A stretch of DNA of 64,000 nucleotides from positions 54,354-118,353 of the forward strand of contig JAKAPK010000001.1 of assembly GCA_021807125.1 (NCBI GenBank), written 5' to 3'. The notes under the pieces are model-generated. The model saw only the letters and a list, made by a program, of their open reading frames with translations, was not told the DNA's origin and did not search any database. The stretch comes from Nanobdellota archaeon. GTDB lineage: Archaea; Nanobdellota; Nanobdellia; Parvarchaeales; Parvarchaeaceae. Below, piece after piece: positions 35,568 to 44,825 of this stretch (position 1 is its first letter; each line of letters starts with the position of its first letter). The translations under genes were made by a program, and so were the position numbers.

Positions 35568-36692
35568 TCAGAATCTATACTGGTGCCATTGGTTTTGTCT
35601 ATTATCGGGGTGTCTTTCTTCACTTATAACAAGGTCCCTTAAACGTTTTAGGCTATTCCCTCTAGGTTTTATAAGTGATACAAGATACATGATATCCGAA
35701 CCTTTGGCCGAATTAACAGCTTCGCCTATAATTTCCGCGTCCATATTTAAACAAGCCTCGCCGACATCGGCAGCAAGGTTCATCCTCAAAAATTCTATAT
35801 AGTCATTTTTTCCAGAATAATTCGCAAATGAAACGCACTTATAACCTGATTTGGATCTTCTTACGAGGGCGATCGGAAGGCCATTGTCTTTCTGTTCTTT
35901 TTCATCATCAGAATATGTCTCAGAATATTGATAGTACTCCCCGTTATTGATGGCAGGATATTGCGGAGTCTCCTCCTTTATCTGCAGAAACTTTGCAGCT
36001 AAAAGCGACAGCCTCTTCGAGTATGAATCTGCTATGTCTTCGACGCAGGTGCTATTAATGGATCCAGAACGTTTTTGTATGTCAACCATTTCTGAAACCC
36101 TATCTTTGAAGCTATCGACCTCTATAATTGATTTTCCGTTCACCTTCGAATCTTCAATAGAATTTAACGCTATTCCAGCCTTCAAGGCGGACACCGCCTC
36201 AGGAATCGTTTTTATTTCGTCGTATAACTCCTTAAAATCGTCTTTTCTTCTTATTATATATGATAACATATTGAAACAGTTTGAATCGCTTAGCGAGCGT
36301 GCGCATTTAGTCGCTATCGGCTGCAAAATGTCCTCTGTAAATTTTATGACCTTGTTAAAGTCACTTTCTGTTATTTCGTATAAATGCTGCCTGATTTTTT
36401 CAGTTGCCTTCATTATTTTGTCCCTGTCCGCCTTTTCTGATACCCTTGCAATTCCGGCAAGTGCATAGCACAGTTCATTGGCCGTAATGAGTATTATAGC
36501 ATTTTTACCGATAGTCCCATACAATGAAGAAATTGCAGGGAAATCCTTACCGGCAGAACCATTATATCTTTGATACATTTTTACCGCATTTGCGGCGTCT
36601 ATGTAATAGCCTGTCCCGGGTGCTTCGAGTATGGAATCTAAAGAGTCTCCGCTTATACGTGTGTAACCGGCGTAACCATGGCCACTTTCCAT
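35568..36692 (-). CDS. Hypothetical protein (no recognisable motif)
   Basis: The 374-aa ORF has coding-like composition. I could assign no family. Confidence 0.5.
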   Translation of the reverse strand: MESGHGYAGYTRISGDSLDSILEAPGTGYYIDAANAVKMYQRYNGSAGKDFPAISSLYGTIGKNAIILITANELCYALAGIARVSEKADRDKIMKATEKIRQHLYEITESDFNKVIKFTEDILQPIATKCARSLSDSNCFNMLSYIIRRKDDFKELYDEIKTIPEAVSALKAGIALNSIEDSKVNGKSIIEVDSFKDRVSEMVDIQKRSGSINSTCVEDIADSYSKRLSLLAAKFLQIKEETPQYPAINNGEYYQYSETYSDDEKEQKDNGLPIALVRRSKSGYKCVSFANYSGKNDYIEFLRMNLAADVGEACLNMDAEIIGEAVNSAKGSDIMYLVSLIKPRGNSLKRLRDLVISEERHPDNRQNQWHQYRF

Positions 36693-36840
36693 TTATCACA
36701 TTAGAACGCACAAGATATATAAATTGTAGTTTTTATTATAAAATAGACAAAAATCTGTAAAATATACAGCTAATTTTAGTTTAGTGATTATACGATAACT
36801 GTTCAGCCGATAAAATTTAGCGATTTATAGCGAAATTAAT

Positions 36841-37578
36841 TTACAAGACTTTAAGTTCTGAAACATTACTTGTTCTTATATCGTTCATTATCGTGTATAT
36901 ATCACCAGTAAGATACATCATAGTCTTAAAAAAATCGAAATTGTTCCTTTTAGCCGCAAAAAGGGCGATTCCCCTGCTTATGTACGCAGACCCTATAAGT
37001 GCCATGTACATGTCACGGCGGTCTTTTTTATCGCTTTTTTCTTCTTTCATCATTTCATCCATATATTCAGACAGTTTGCCGTCGTGCAGCGCTTCTAAGG
37101 CAGCCAGAGATTGTTTCCATTTATACTTTAAATAAAAAGTAATTATGTCCACCTTTTTTTTCTCAGAATGTTTCCTGTTGGCTTCGTAAAAAACCGCAAA
37201 AGCCTCAGCGGAAGACTCTTCAAATCCACGTATAAAAGCCGCGGTTTTTACATCATATCTTGACATTTCTTTCCATAAGTATCCAGAATAACCTATCATT
37301 GTTTGGACGTGATGAAAGTATTCGTGTGAAATCGCGAGTCTCAAAGCGTGTTTTTTGTCGTTTTCAACGATTTCTATCCTATAATCTCTGCTGAAATAGA
37401 TCCCAGCGTAAAGTCCCTGGTATTTAGAATTATCTACGAATTTTATCTTTGGTCTAACAATTTTTATATTTCCGTATAAAGACGAGGTCCTCAGAAAGTC
37501 AACGGAATCATCCAATATAGATTCAAGCGTTTTTGATTTTTTCTCAAACATAAGGCCCTTATAATTCCATAAATTCAA
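36841..37578 (-). CDS. Hypothetical protein with HExxH motif (putative metallopeptidase)
   Basis: 245 aa. LAISHEYFHHVQ followed by GFEESSAEAF (a possible third ligand). No signal peptide or TM segment seen. TTG start in the track, with a downstream ATG at codon 10. Confidence 0.5.
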   Translation of the reverse strand: MNLWNYKGLMFEKKSKTLESILDDSVDFLRTSSLYGNIKIVRPKIKFVDNSKYQGLYAGIYFSRDYRIEIVENDKKHALRLAISHEYFHHVQTMIGYSGYLWKEMSRYDVKTAAFIRGFEESSAEAFAVFYEANRKHSEKKKVDIITFYLKYKWKQSLAALEALHDGKLSEYMDEMMKEEKSDKKDRRDMYMALIGSAYISRGIALFAAKRNNFDFFKTMMYLTGDIYTIMNDIRTSNVSELKVL

Positions 37579-37741
37579 TCGTCGTTTGAAGGAAATTTAC
37601 ATTTACGTATACTGCATGTAAGTAAAAGCCTAAGAAGTACTTGCAACTGCACCAAGCAGCTAAAGTATCCATTATTTTATGATTCATTTGCAAAATAAAT
37701 AACGCGATGGTCGCAATTTACTGGCAAACATGCTGTAATTT

Positions 37742-39223
37742 TTAACCTTTTTTAAAGTAACGTTTTAGACGTTTTTTGTCCGGTTTCACATCTATTTCCT
37801 TTGCGAAAATCGAAAACAAAAGTACCGCTAAAAATCCCGCAATTGCTATATAAAAAGAATATTGGAAAGCCGCTTTCGACGGCAAAGAAACAAGATATCC
37901 TTGTATCGTGTATGTAGCCGTGAATGTTGACAATATCGAGCCGACGATAGGTGTGCCGATGCTTGCACCTAGATTTCTAAAAACACTGTTTAATGATGTG
38001 GCGAGGCCCATTTCATGCGGATCTACTGACAATACCAGGAGGTTCTGTGTAGCTACCATAACCACACCAAGTCCAACCGCTGCGATTACGAGATATTCAG
38101 CCATCTGCGTCGCGGTGTTCGCCGTGGATAACAAAAAGAAACCTACCGCACCTATAATGGCACCCAGAAAGATGAAACGCTTAACACCAAATTTTGATAT
38201 TAAGATCCCAACAGGATAAGCTACTACCAATATGGATACCGCCAAAGGTAACAAGTAAAGTCCAGTGGTAAGAATATCAAAACCAAAACCGCTTGGCGCA
38301 GGCCCTTCCATTTCATATGCGATAGAAAGAAATGCAAGATACATCGCTAAACTTAATAAGATAGCAATTGCATTTGCTACAAGCACGTTTCTTTTTGTTA
38401 GCAGCCCTATGTTAAGTATCGGATCTTTTATGTGTTGTTCTACAAAAGCCAAAGGTATCAATAGTCCTGCACCGGCTATTATCATAAATAATACCCCGAA
38501 AGATGACCAGCCCCAATTTGGACCTTCAGATATTCCCATGACTATCATAGCTAGCGATAATCCAAGCCATATAGCACCTACATAGTCCAGTTTTGCGTTC
38601 CGGTCTTTGAAGCTAGACTCCCTTGCGACGAAGAAAAGCAGTACGGTAAGAATTACTATGAATGGAAGCGCGATGTGATAATTTGCCTGCCAGCCAAACG
38701 AGTTTGCAACGTACGCGCCGGCAGGTAAACCTAGTGCGACCCCTCCGCCGAACATGCCTGCAAGCAGGCCCTGTGCCCGCGGCACCAGCTCACGTGGAAA
38801 TTCTTCTCTCACCAGACTAAACGCTATAGGAAATATGCTTAGCCCTATCCCTTGAAATGTCCTAGACAACAATAACAGGGAAAAATTCGATGTGAAAGAA
38901 GTTATGGCGACCATAGCAGAATATGCCACCAAAACTGAAATCAATACTATCTTCTTTCCGAATATATCGCCCAGTTTACCAACGACAGGCATCATTGCAG
39001 TACCAAAAACTAGGTATAAGGAGATTATAAGACTTGCCGTTGCGCTATCAACTCCGTACTGTTTTCCTATAGCTGGAAGCGAGGGAGTAAGCATTATGTC
39101 AACGTACATTACAAACGCAGCAAGAATAGCTAGGAGTATCAGAAGTCTATATGCATACTTTTTATCGAATCCATCGCTAGTAAATGCCTTCTTGATGGAA
39201 AAACCACTTTTTTGCGCTATCAT
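37742..39223 (-). CDS. MFS transporter (14-TMS DHA2/EmrB-like)
   Basis: 493 aa. About 14 hydrophobic segments. GKLGDIFGKK (MFS motif A-like) after TM2. Confidence 0.85.
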   Translation of the reverse strand: MIAQKSGFSIKKAFTSDGFDKKYAYRLLILLAILAAFVMYVDIMLTPSLPAIGKQYGVDSATASLIISLYLVFGTAMMPVVGKLGDIFGKKIVLISVLVAYSAMVAITSFTSNFSLLLLSRTFQGIGLSIFPIAFSLVREEFPRELVPRAQGLLAGMFGGGVALGLPAGAYVANSFGWQANYHIALPFIVILTVLLFFVARESSFKDRNAKLDYVGAIWLGLSLAMIVMGISEGPNWGWSSFGVLFMIIAGAGLLIPLAFVEQHIKDPILNIGLLTKRNVLVANAIAILLSLAMYLAFLSIAYEMEGPAPSGFGFDILTTGLYLLPLAVSILVVAYPVGILISKFGVKRFIFLGAIIGAVGFFLLSTANTATQMAEYLVIAAVGLGVVMVATQNLLVLSVDPHEMGLATSLNSVFRNLGASIGTPIVGSILSTFTATYTIQGYLVSLPSKAAFQYSFYIAIAGFLAVLLFSIFAKEIDVKPDKKRLKRYFKKG

Positions 39224-39257
39224 TTATTTTTAAATATCAAGCAGTATTAATAATTTT

Positions 39258-39740
39258 ATGCAGGAGTTGTTTCCTTTAAATGTTAGACTGAGCCAGATAC
39301 GCGGAATAACTAGGATATTGGATGAGTTTTCTGGTTCAATGGAAATATCGAGGCTTTCATCGGAGACGAACGAGGAAGTTGACGATCTTTTACCCATACT
39401 AAACGCGTCGAGGATGTTGGGCTTGCTAAAATTAAATGATGGCAATGTAACGCTAACAAAAGTAGGGCAGACTCTTGCTAGGACGACTTCCATAGATTCT
39501 ATAAAGACTAAATTAAAGCAACTTGAGCCATTTAAGACAACCTTATCAAGCGTGCGTTCCGAAAAGGGCATAACTACAAATGAACTAATAAAACGGCTTG
39601 AGAGCAAAGGATTCTTAGCATATCATGGCGACATGGGCAGACATGATCTAGTGCAACTCCTGTTAAATTTTGGCGTTAGGTGTGATTTATTAGAATATGA
39701 CAGGGGTAAAAACGCCTGGGAATCGAAGAAAAAAACTTAG
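39258..39740 (+). CDS. Stand-alone AAA-associated C-terminal domain protein (AAA_assoc_C-like)
   Basis: 160 aa. ISRLSSETNEEVDDLLPILNASRMLGLLKLNDGNVTLTKVG resembles the domain usually fused to NitT/TauT-type ABC ATPases. Its 3' end overlaps the convergent ABC ATPase gene by 4 nt. Confidence 0.55.
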   Translation: MQELFPLNVRLSQIRGITRILDEFSGSMEISRLSSETNEEVDDLLPILNASRMLGLLKLNDGNVTLTKVGQTLARTTSIDSIKTKLKQLEPFKTTLSSVRSEKGITTNELIKRLESKGFLAYHGDMGRHDLVQLLLNFGVRCDLLEYDRGKNAWESKKKT

Positions 39741-40501
39741 TACTGGCTTATTAAGGTGTTGTAGATATCATCCACATATCCAGAGAACCTCTTGTCATGT
39801 TTGTTTCTTGGATATTTCATATCTATCTCTTTTATCTCTTTGATTTTAGTAGGTTTTTCGGATAATATAACAATGTGACTTGACAATTCTACCGCTTCCT
39901 CGACGTTGTGGGTAACCATTATTACAGAATTTACAGATATGTCTTTGTTATGCAGCATAAAAAGGATGTCTGATCTTAGCGAATTCGCTGTTAACTCGTC
40001 AAGCGCACTAAAAGGTTCGTCCATAAGGAGCACACGAGGTTCGGATGCTATTGCCCTAGCGATACCAACACGTTGTTTCATGCCCCCGCTGAGAATATTT
40101 GGATACGCGCCTGAAAATCCTGACAGGCCAAATTTAGTAAGAAGATCAAGCGCCCTATTCGTCTTATCAGAATCGCTAAGATCCGAGTAGGATAGTCCAA
40201 GTTTTACGTTATCCAGAACGTTTAACCAAGGCATAAGCGCGAAATCCTGGAATACGAATGCTACATCCTTTATTGGGTGCTTGATTTCCGTGCCCTTGTA
40301 TAGCACTTTTCCGCTAAGCGGTTTTATAAGCCCAGCAATTATCCTTAGCATAGTACTTTTGCCGCAACCTGATGGACCGACTATTGAAACGAATTCGTCG
40401 ACGCCAGATGCAAAGGATATATTTTCCAATACCTTATGGTCTGGATTTCCATCGAACGAAAAAGATATGTTACTTACATTGATAAGGAATTGATTATCCA
40501 T
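39737..40501 (-). CDS. ABC transporter ATP-binding protein (NitT/TauT family)
   Basis: 254 aa. Walker A GPSGCGKST, signature LSGGMKQR, Walker B LLMDEPFSALD, H-loop VTHN. Confidence 0.9.
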   Translation of the reverse strand: MDNQFLINVSNISFSFDGNPDHKVLENISFASGVDEFVSIVGPSGCGKSTMLRIIAGLIKPLSGKVLYKGTEIKHPIKDVAFVFQDFALMPWLNVLDNVKLGLSYSDLSDSDKTNRALDLLTKFGLSGFSGAYPNILSGGMKQRVGIARAIASEPRVLLMDEPFSALDELTANSLRSDILFMLHNKDISVNSVIMVTHNVEEAVELSSHIVILSEKPTKIKEIKEIDMKYPRNKHDKRFSGYVDDIYNTLISQY

Positions 40502-42068
40502 ACACCGTTTCCACTTTATTATATAACTTGTTCCATACTAATCTGTTTATAACAACTATCAATATTACAAAGTTTATCAACACTATAAGCATCTGCAGAA
40601 GATTGCCGGAATTTAACGTTAGGTCTAATAATTTTCCTACGCCGATATTTACGGAGCTAAGTACCGTTCCATTTTGTATCCCAGAGCTCGTGAAATATTC
40701 AGCAACTATAGTCGCGTTCCATTCCGCGGCTATTGCAGTGACCGCACCGGTTATCAAACCGGGCGTTATCGCCTTTAAGTATATTTTTTTGAAAGCGAGC
40801 AGTCCGCGCACTCCAAATATGTTTTTTACTTCGTTAGTTTCTGAAGGTATACTGCCGTGGCTCGCTATAACACTGAATATCATGTACCATATCCCGCTAA
40901 GGAAGAGGACGACAAAGGCAACAATCTCAGAATGGAACGGCATAGACATGGTTGATCTGACTATTATAGGGAGGAGTATAGTAGCAGGAATCGACGCAAG
41001 TATCTGGAATAAGAGCACATATCTTCCTATGTTCTTTGTCAAGAATATTAAGTATATTGAAACTGGCACAGAAATCAGGAATATGGCGAAGAAAGTACCC
41101 CACACTCTAATGAAACTATAAGCCAGTGCATACAAAGACTGGTATTCGTACGATGCCAGCGTTCCGTTTAAAATATTTAATGCGTACAGGAAGCCTATCA
41201 ATGAAAGGACGACCAACAATGAGATAGCGAGTATGCGTCTATATTCTTTTACTGCGGCATAAATCGAGTTTATCCACGAACGCATGTTGCTTAATCCAAA
41301 CGAGCGCAAATTTGATTTTATGTATTTAACGAATGCACCGGCAGATGACTTCACGTTCCCGCCGGATATAAATTTAGTATGATCATCTTCAGTACTTACG
41401 TATTGTTTTTGCGTGCGATTAAAGTATTTTTCTAACGGAGAAAAAAATGCAAATCGAGTGATTATAACAAAGCAAAAAAATATAACTATCCCGATTATAT
41501 ACCCATAGTAGTTATCTGAGAAGGCAAGTCTTGTCAAGTCTACGCCTATGCCGCTTACGGTATAATTAGTACTTCCTGTAGAAAATATCTCGCTCGTTAC
41601 TAAATAAAACAAGCCTATCGACCACGAGAGTATAGACTGGCCTATGACGCGAGGCATAGCCGCGGGTATGAAAATTTTGCGTAATTTGCTAAGGATACCA
41701 AGTCTGTAAAGGTCTGCAACTTCTAATACTGCTTTAGGTATTGTCTTTATGGACTCGTATACTCCGAAAATGATATTCCATATCATGCTGGTTACTATAA
41801 GACCTATAACCGCTACATTAACTCCTACTGCACCCGGTACAAACAAGATGACTAGATAAATTGCAAAAGGGAAAAATGCAAGTATCGGTAGCGTCTGTAG
41901 TATATCAACCAAAGGCATGATTATTTTCTCTGCTCTCTTTGAACGTGCGGCATAAATGCCGACAAAGAGGCTTATGACTATGGATAACCCGAGTGCCAAG
42001 AACATGCGTATCCACGAGTATGATGTATCTATGAGAAGTGTAAGAGTCGTGGTTATCAAGTTCTCCAT
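40494..42068 (-). CDS. ABC transporter permease (duplicated, fused two-module permease)
   Basis: 524 aa. Two blocks of ~6 TM helices, each with an EAA-like loop region. Overlaps the ATPase gene by 8 nt. Confidence 0.8.
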   Translation of the reverse strand: MENLITTTLTLLIDTSYSWIRMFLALGLSIVISLFVGIYAARSKRAEKIIMPLVDILQTLPILAFFPFAIYLVILFVPGAVGVNVAVIGLIVTSMIWNIIFGVYESIKTIPKAVLEVADLYRLGILSKLRKIFIPAAMPRVIGQSILSWSIGLFYLVTSEIFSTGSTNYTVSGIGVDLTRLAFSDNYYGYIIGIVIFFCFVIITRFAFFSPLEKYFNRTQKQYVSTEDDHTKFISGGNVKSSAGAFVKYIKSNLRSFGLSNMRSWINSIYAAVKEYRRILAISLLVVLSLIGFLYALNILNGTLASYEYQSLYALAYSFIRVWGTFFAIFLISVPVSIYLIFLTKNIGRYVLLFQILASIPATILLPIIVRSTMSMPFHSEIVAFVVLFLSGIWYMIFSVIASHGSIPSETNEVKNIFGVRGLLAFKKIYLKAITPGLITGAVTAIAAEWNATIVAEYFTSSGIQNGTVLSSVNIGVGKLLDLTLNSGNLLQMLIVLINFVILIVVINRLVWNKLYNKVETVYG

Positions 42069-42129
42069 ATGATTGACTTAATCTTGAGCAATATATATTT
42101 AAAACGCTGCGGTTTCTCTATTTCGACAT

Positions 42130-43194
42130 ATGATACTTAAAATAGACCCTATAAATCCGGAAATGCCAAAAATACGTACGGCTGCAAAAGCAGTGCTAGA
42201 AGGGAAGCTAGTCGCAATACCCACAGAAACGGTATACGGCCTAGCAGCCAACGCCTTTGACGATAATGCGTGCAGAAAGATATTTAGTGTGAAGGGCAGA
42301 CCAGCGGACAACCCGCTAATAGTAACAGTCGGATCGTTCGACATGGCTAAAAAGATAGCATCCATACCAACCGAATATTTGGATACTTTGAAGAGGATAT
42401 GGCCGTCTCCAATAACGTTTGTTATGGAGGCAAAGGAAAAATTTCCTAAGTCAGTCACTTCTGGCCTGGATACGATAGCAGTTAGGATGCCCGCCCACCC
42501 AGTGCCTCTTGCGCTAATAAATGAATGCAATGTGCCGTTGGCAGCACCAAGTGCAAACATATCAAAGCATCCGTCCGCAACTAATGCATCGCATGTTATA
42601 AGAGATTTTGGTGATATGATTGATGTAATAATAGATTCAGGAGATTCTTTCTTTGGTGTTGAGTCAACTATAATAGATTTAAGAGATTTCAGCCTTCTAA
42701 GGCCGGGAGCGTTTTCGATCGAAGAAATAGAACGGTTTTTTGGAAAAAGCCCAAAAATAACAAACCCTTCGCGCGGTTTAAGCGAAGCAGAGTTTGCAAT
42801 AACTCCAGGTATGAAATACAAGCACTATGCTCCAAATACGCCGATAGCACTTTCCGAGGGTAAGATTCCGCAGATAATAAAAGAACTGGATGACGAGACA
42901 ATTAAAACACTTAAAGATAAATGTGCGCTTATTGCCTCCGAACAGTTATGCAGAAGTTTAGGCAGTAATTTTAGTAAAGTAATATCCCTCGGCGATGAAG
43001 ACAACCTATATGATATCGCTAGGAACTTATTTTCTTCGCTAAGGAAACTGGATGAAATTAAAGCCGATTACGGCTTAATAGAATCATTTACAGAGAGCGG
43101 CATAGGGCTTGCGATAATGAATAGGCTAAGAAAAGCAACATCACACGTTTCTTTTTCAGACAAAGAAAGTCTTAAATCATTCTTAAGGAATTGA
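42130..43194 (+). CDS. sua5: L-threonylcarbamoyladenylate synthase Sua5 (YrdC plus Sua5 domains)
   Basis: 354 aa. GKLVAIPTETVYGLAANAFDDNACRKIFSVKGRPADNPLIV, APSAN.S, RPG. Confidence 0.85.
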   Translation: MILKIDPINPEMPKIRTAAKAVLEGKLVAIPTETVYGLAANAFDDNACRKIFSVKGRPADNPLIVTVGSFDMAKKIASIPTEYLDTLKRIWPSPITFVMEAKEKFPKSVTSGLDTIAVRMPAHPVPLALINECNVPLAAPSANISKHPSATNASHVIRDFGDMIDVIIDSGDSFFGVESTIIDLRDFSLLRPGAFSIEEIERFFGKSPKITNPSRGLSEAEFAITPGMKYKHYAPNTPIALSEGKIPQIIKELDDETIKTLKDKCALIASEQLCRSLGSNFSKVISLGDEDNLYDIARNLFSSLRKLDEIKADYGLIESFTESGIGLAIMNRLRKATSHVSFSDKESLKSFLRN

Positions 43195-43205
43195 CTTAAA
43201 GAAAA

Positions 43206-43373
43206 TTACTTCTTTTGAGCCTTTTGCTCCTTTGTGCGTAACTCATTTTTAAGCGCTGCTATCTTCTTTTTCAATGCCCTGTACTTACCCGCATCAGCTG
43301 GCTGAAGACCCTGTGTCTTCTTTATGTTCATTTTCAGAAGCTCCATTTCCAGGTCTTTTAGATTCTCCTCCAT
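43206..43373 (-). CDS. rpl29: Candidate ribosomal protein L29 (uL29), not in the ORF track
   Basis: My translation gives MEENLKDLEMELLKMNIKKTQGLQPADAGKYRALKKKIAALKNELRTKEQKAQKK (55 aa). It has a coiled-coil L29-like pattern and the canonical position after S3. It overlaps the S3 3' end by 80 nt. Confidence 0.5.
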   Translation of the reverse strand: MEENLKDLEMELLKMNIKKTQGLQPADAGKYRALKKKIAALKNELRTKEQKAQKK

Positions 43374-44028
43374 CCTTAAATTTCACCTCACCAGGCATTT
43401 CCTTAGGCACTACTATCGTAACTTTTATGCCTATCATGCCTCTCTTAAGCAACAATTGTTTTCTCGTTTTCTTTACTCCATACTGTTCTAGCTGACCCGT
43501 CTTGGGAAGTACACCACCGTGCGGCCTGAACTTGAAATGTGCGGCGCGTTCCTTTATTACACCGCCTACTTCTACTTCCGCACCTATTGCGCCAGCCTGC
43601 ATCATCCGATCCAGCGCTTCATGCGCTACAGTCTTGTATTTCATTGGCCCGTATTTTGCTATTTTGAATGCGATTGAGTCGGCTATTACTTCTGGATCTA
43701 ACATTGGATCAATTGTCTCCTCGATGTCTATGTGTGGCGGCTCTTGTTTGAACAATTTGCCCAGCGTAGTGGACGCTTCCTTGAGCAATGAACCGGATCT
43801 GCTTATCAGCGATCCAGGTTTTGGTGTCTTGAGCACGACTTTTATGCCTAATGGCGTCTTTTCTAGATTTATCTCACTAACTCCATATCTGTTAAACGTC
43901 TTTGTAAGGTATTCCTTTGCTACATGCTCGTTTATTCTATTGTTTATTATCTTCTTTGGTAACATTCGAAGTCTCCTCCTTTGATTTTTCTTCACTTGTC
44001 TGTTTTTCTTCAGTTTTAGGTTTCTCAA
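43294..44028 (-). CDS. rps3: Ribosomal protein S3 (uS3)
   Basis: The 244-aa ORF has a KH domain (EINLEKTPLGIKVVLKTPKPGSLISRSGS) and a conserved C-terminal domain. The likely start is MLPKK at 43965. Acidic/Ser-rich C-terminal tail. Confidence 0.85.
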   Translation of the reverse strand: MRNLKLKKNRQVKKNQRRRLRMLPKKIINNRINEHVAKEYLTKTFNRYGVSEINLEKTPLGIKVVLKTPKPGSLISRSGSLLKEASTTLGKLFKQEPPHIDIEETIDPMLDPEVIADSIAFKIAKYGPMKYKTVAHEALDRMMQAGAIGAEVEVGGVIKERAAHFKFRPHGGVLPKTGQLEQYGVKKTRKQLLLKRGMIGIKVTIVVPKEMPGEVKFKDGGESKRPGNGASENEHKEDTGSSAS

Positions 44029-44425
44029 CTTTGTTTATCGAGGCAAATACGGTTAGATTTGTGCGTTTTCCGTGCTTGTACACGCGTCCGTTAGAAAATC
44101 TTGGATACGCACCCCTGCCCAAGTCATATCTGATTATGGTAGCATCGCTATCTCCGCCAGATACCACTTTAGCATTGGACTTTAATTCGTTTAGAATCTT
44201 AATTATTGCTCCAGATGCTTTTATAGGATAACCAACTGGTACCCCGCCAAGATGACCCTTGCTTGAATACTTTCTAAAAGGTACACGCGCAGTTTTTTTT
44301 CTTACTGCTTCTAAAAATAATACAGCAGCATCTATTTTCTTGCCTCTTATAGCTTCCATTATTTCATGAGAATGTTTCAGCGAAATGCTTAAACCTTCTC
44401 TTTTTGCAGAAACTTCGTTTAGCAT
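43937..44425 (-). CDS. rpl22: Ribosomal protein L22 (uL22)
   Basis: 162 aa. S.KHS.EI..AIRGK.ID.A..FLE.V......VPF. The position is between S19 and S3. Lys/Glu-rich C-terminal tail. Confidence 0.85.
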   Translation of the reverse strand: MLNEVSAKREGLSISLKHSHEIMEAIRGKKIDAAVLFLEAVRKKTARVPFRKYSSKGHLGGVPVGYPIKASGAIIKILNELKSNAKVVSGGDSDATIIRYDLGRGAYPRFSNGRVYKHGKRTNLTVFASINKVEKPKTEEKQTSEEKSKEETSNVTKEDNKQ

Positions 44426-44430
44426 ATTAT

Positions 44431-44823
44431 CTACTTTATCGGCACGAACCCGCTGGAACGTGTAGCTCTAAGTCCAGGCGCACCGTGTCTTACCTGTTTG
44501 GTCGTGAGCGAGAATTCCCCAAGTCTGTGGAATATCATGTTTGCTTTTATGTCAAGGGGAACAAATTCCTTTCCATTATGTACGGCAATCTTAAGTCCAA
44601 CAAAAGAAGGCAGTATAATCATTTCCCTGCAGTGCGTCTTTATAGTCTTATCAGCTTTAGATTTCTTAGTCTTTTCAATTCTTTTTAAAAGTCTATTCTC
44701 TTCTGGTGTGAAGCCTCGCTTCAATGAGCGTCTTAAATTCGACGACGTTATGTTTATTATTTCATTTCTGTCCATGTTTTGGAGTTCTTCCAGTGTTTTT
44801 CCTCTATACATGAAGTTTTCCAT
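44431..44823 (-). CDS. rps19: Ribosomal protein S19 (uS19)
   Basis: 130 aa. IKTHCREMIILPSFVGLKIAVHNGKEFVPLDIK..MI.HRLGEFSLT.KQVRHGAPG. Confidence 0.9.
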   Translation of the reverse strand: MENFMYRGKTLEELQNMDRNEIINITSSNLRRSLKRGFTPEENRLLKRIEKTKKSKADKTIKTHCREMIILPSFVGLKIAVHNGKEFVPLDIKANMIFHRLGEFSLTTKQVRHGAPGLRATRSSGFVPIK

Positions 44824-44825
44824 AT

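Noticed and set aside
35947-36468. 173-aa ORF on the plus strand
   Set aside because: It is antisense to the longer 374-aa ORF. Its Ser/Phe/Ile-rich shadow-frame composition argues against coding. The choice of strand is still less certain here than elsewhere, because neither frame has a recognised motif.
37560-37688. 42-aa minus-strand ORF (MNHKIMDTLAAWCSCK...) upstream of the 245-aa HExxH gene
   Set aside because: It is short and has no motif. It lies in a different frame and terminates just inside the downstream gene. It is likely fortuitous in an AT-rich spacer.
40528-41121. 197-aa ORF on the plus strand
   Set aside because: It is antisense to the ABC permease, which has clear TM-helix periodicity. 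No motif is present.
42099-42821. 240-aa ORF on the minus strand
   Set aside because: It is entirely antisense to the well-supported Sua5 gene (42130-43194). Its composition is low-complexity and Ser/Ile/Ala-rich, and no motif is present. This is typical of a shadow ORF.
43502-43984. 160-aa ORF on the plus strand, and similar ORFs at 43917-44231, 44498-44848 and 44907-45107
   Set aside because: They are antisense to the S3, L22, S19 and L2 genes, whose identities are unambiguous.
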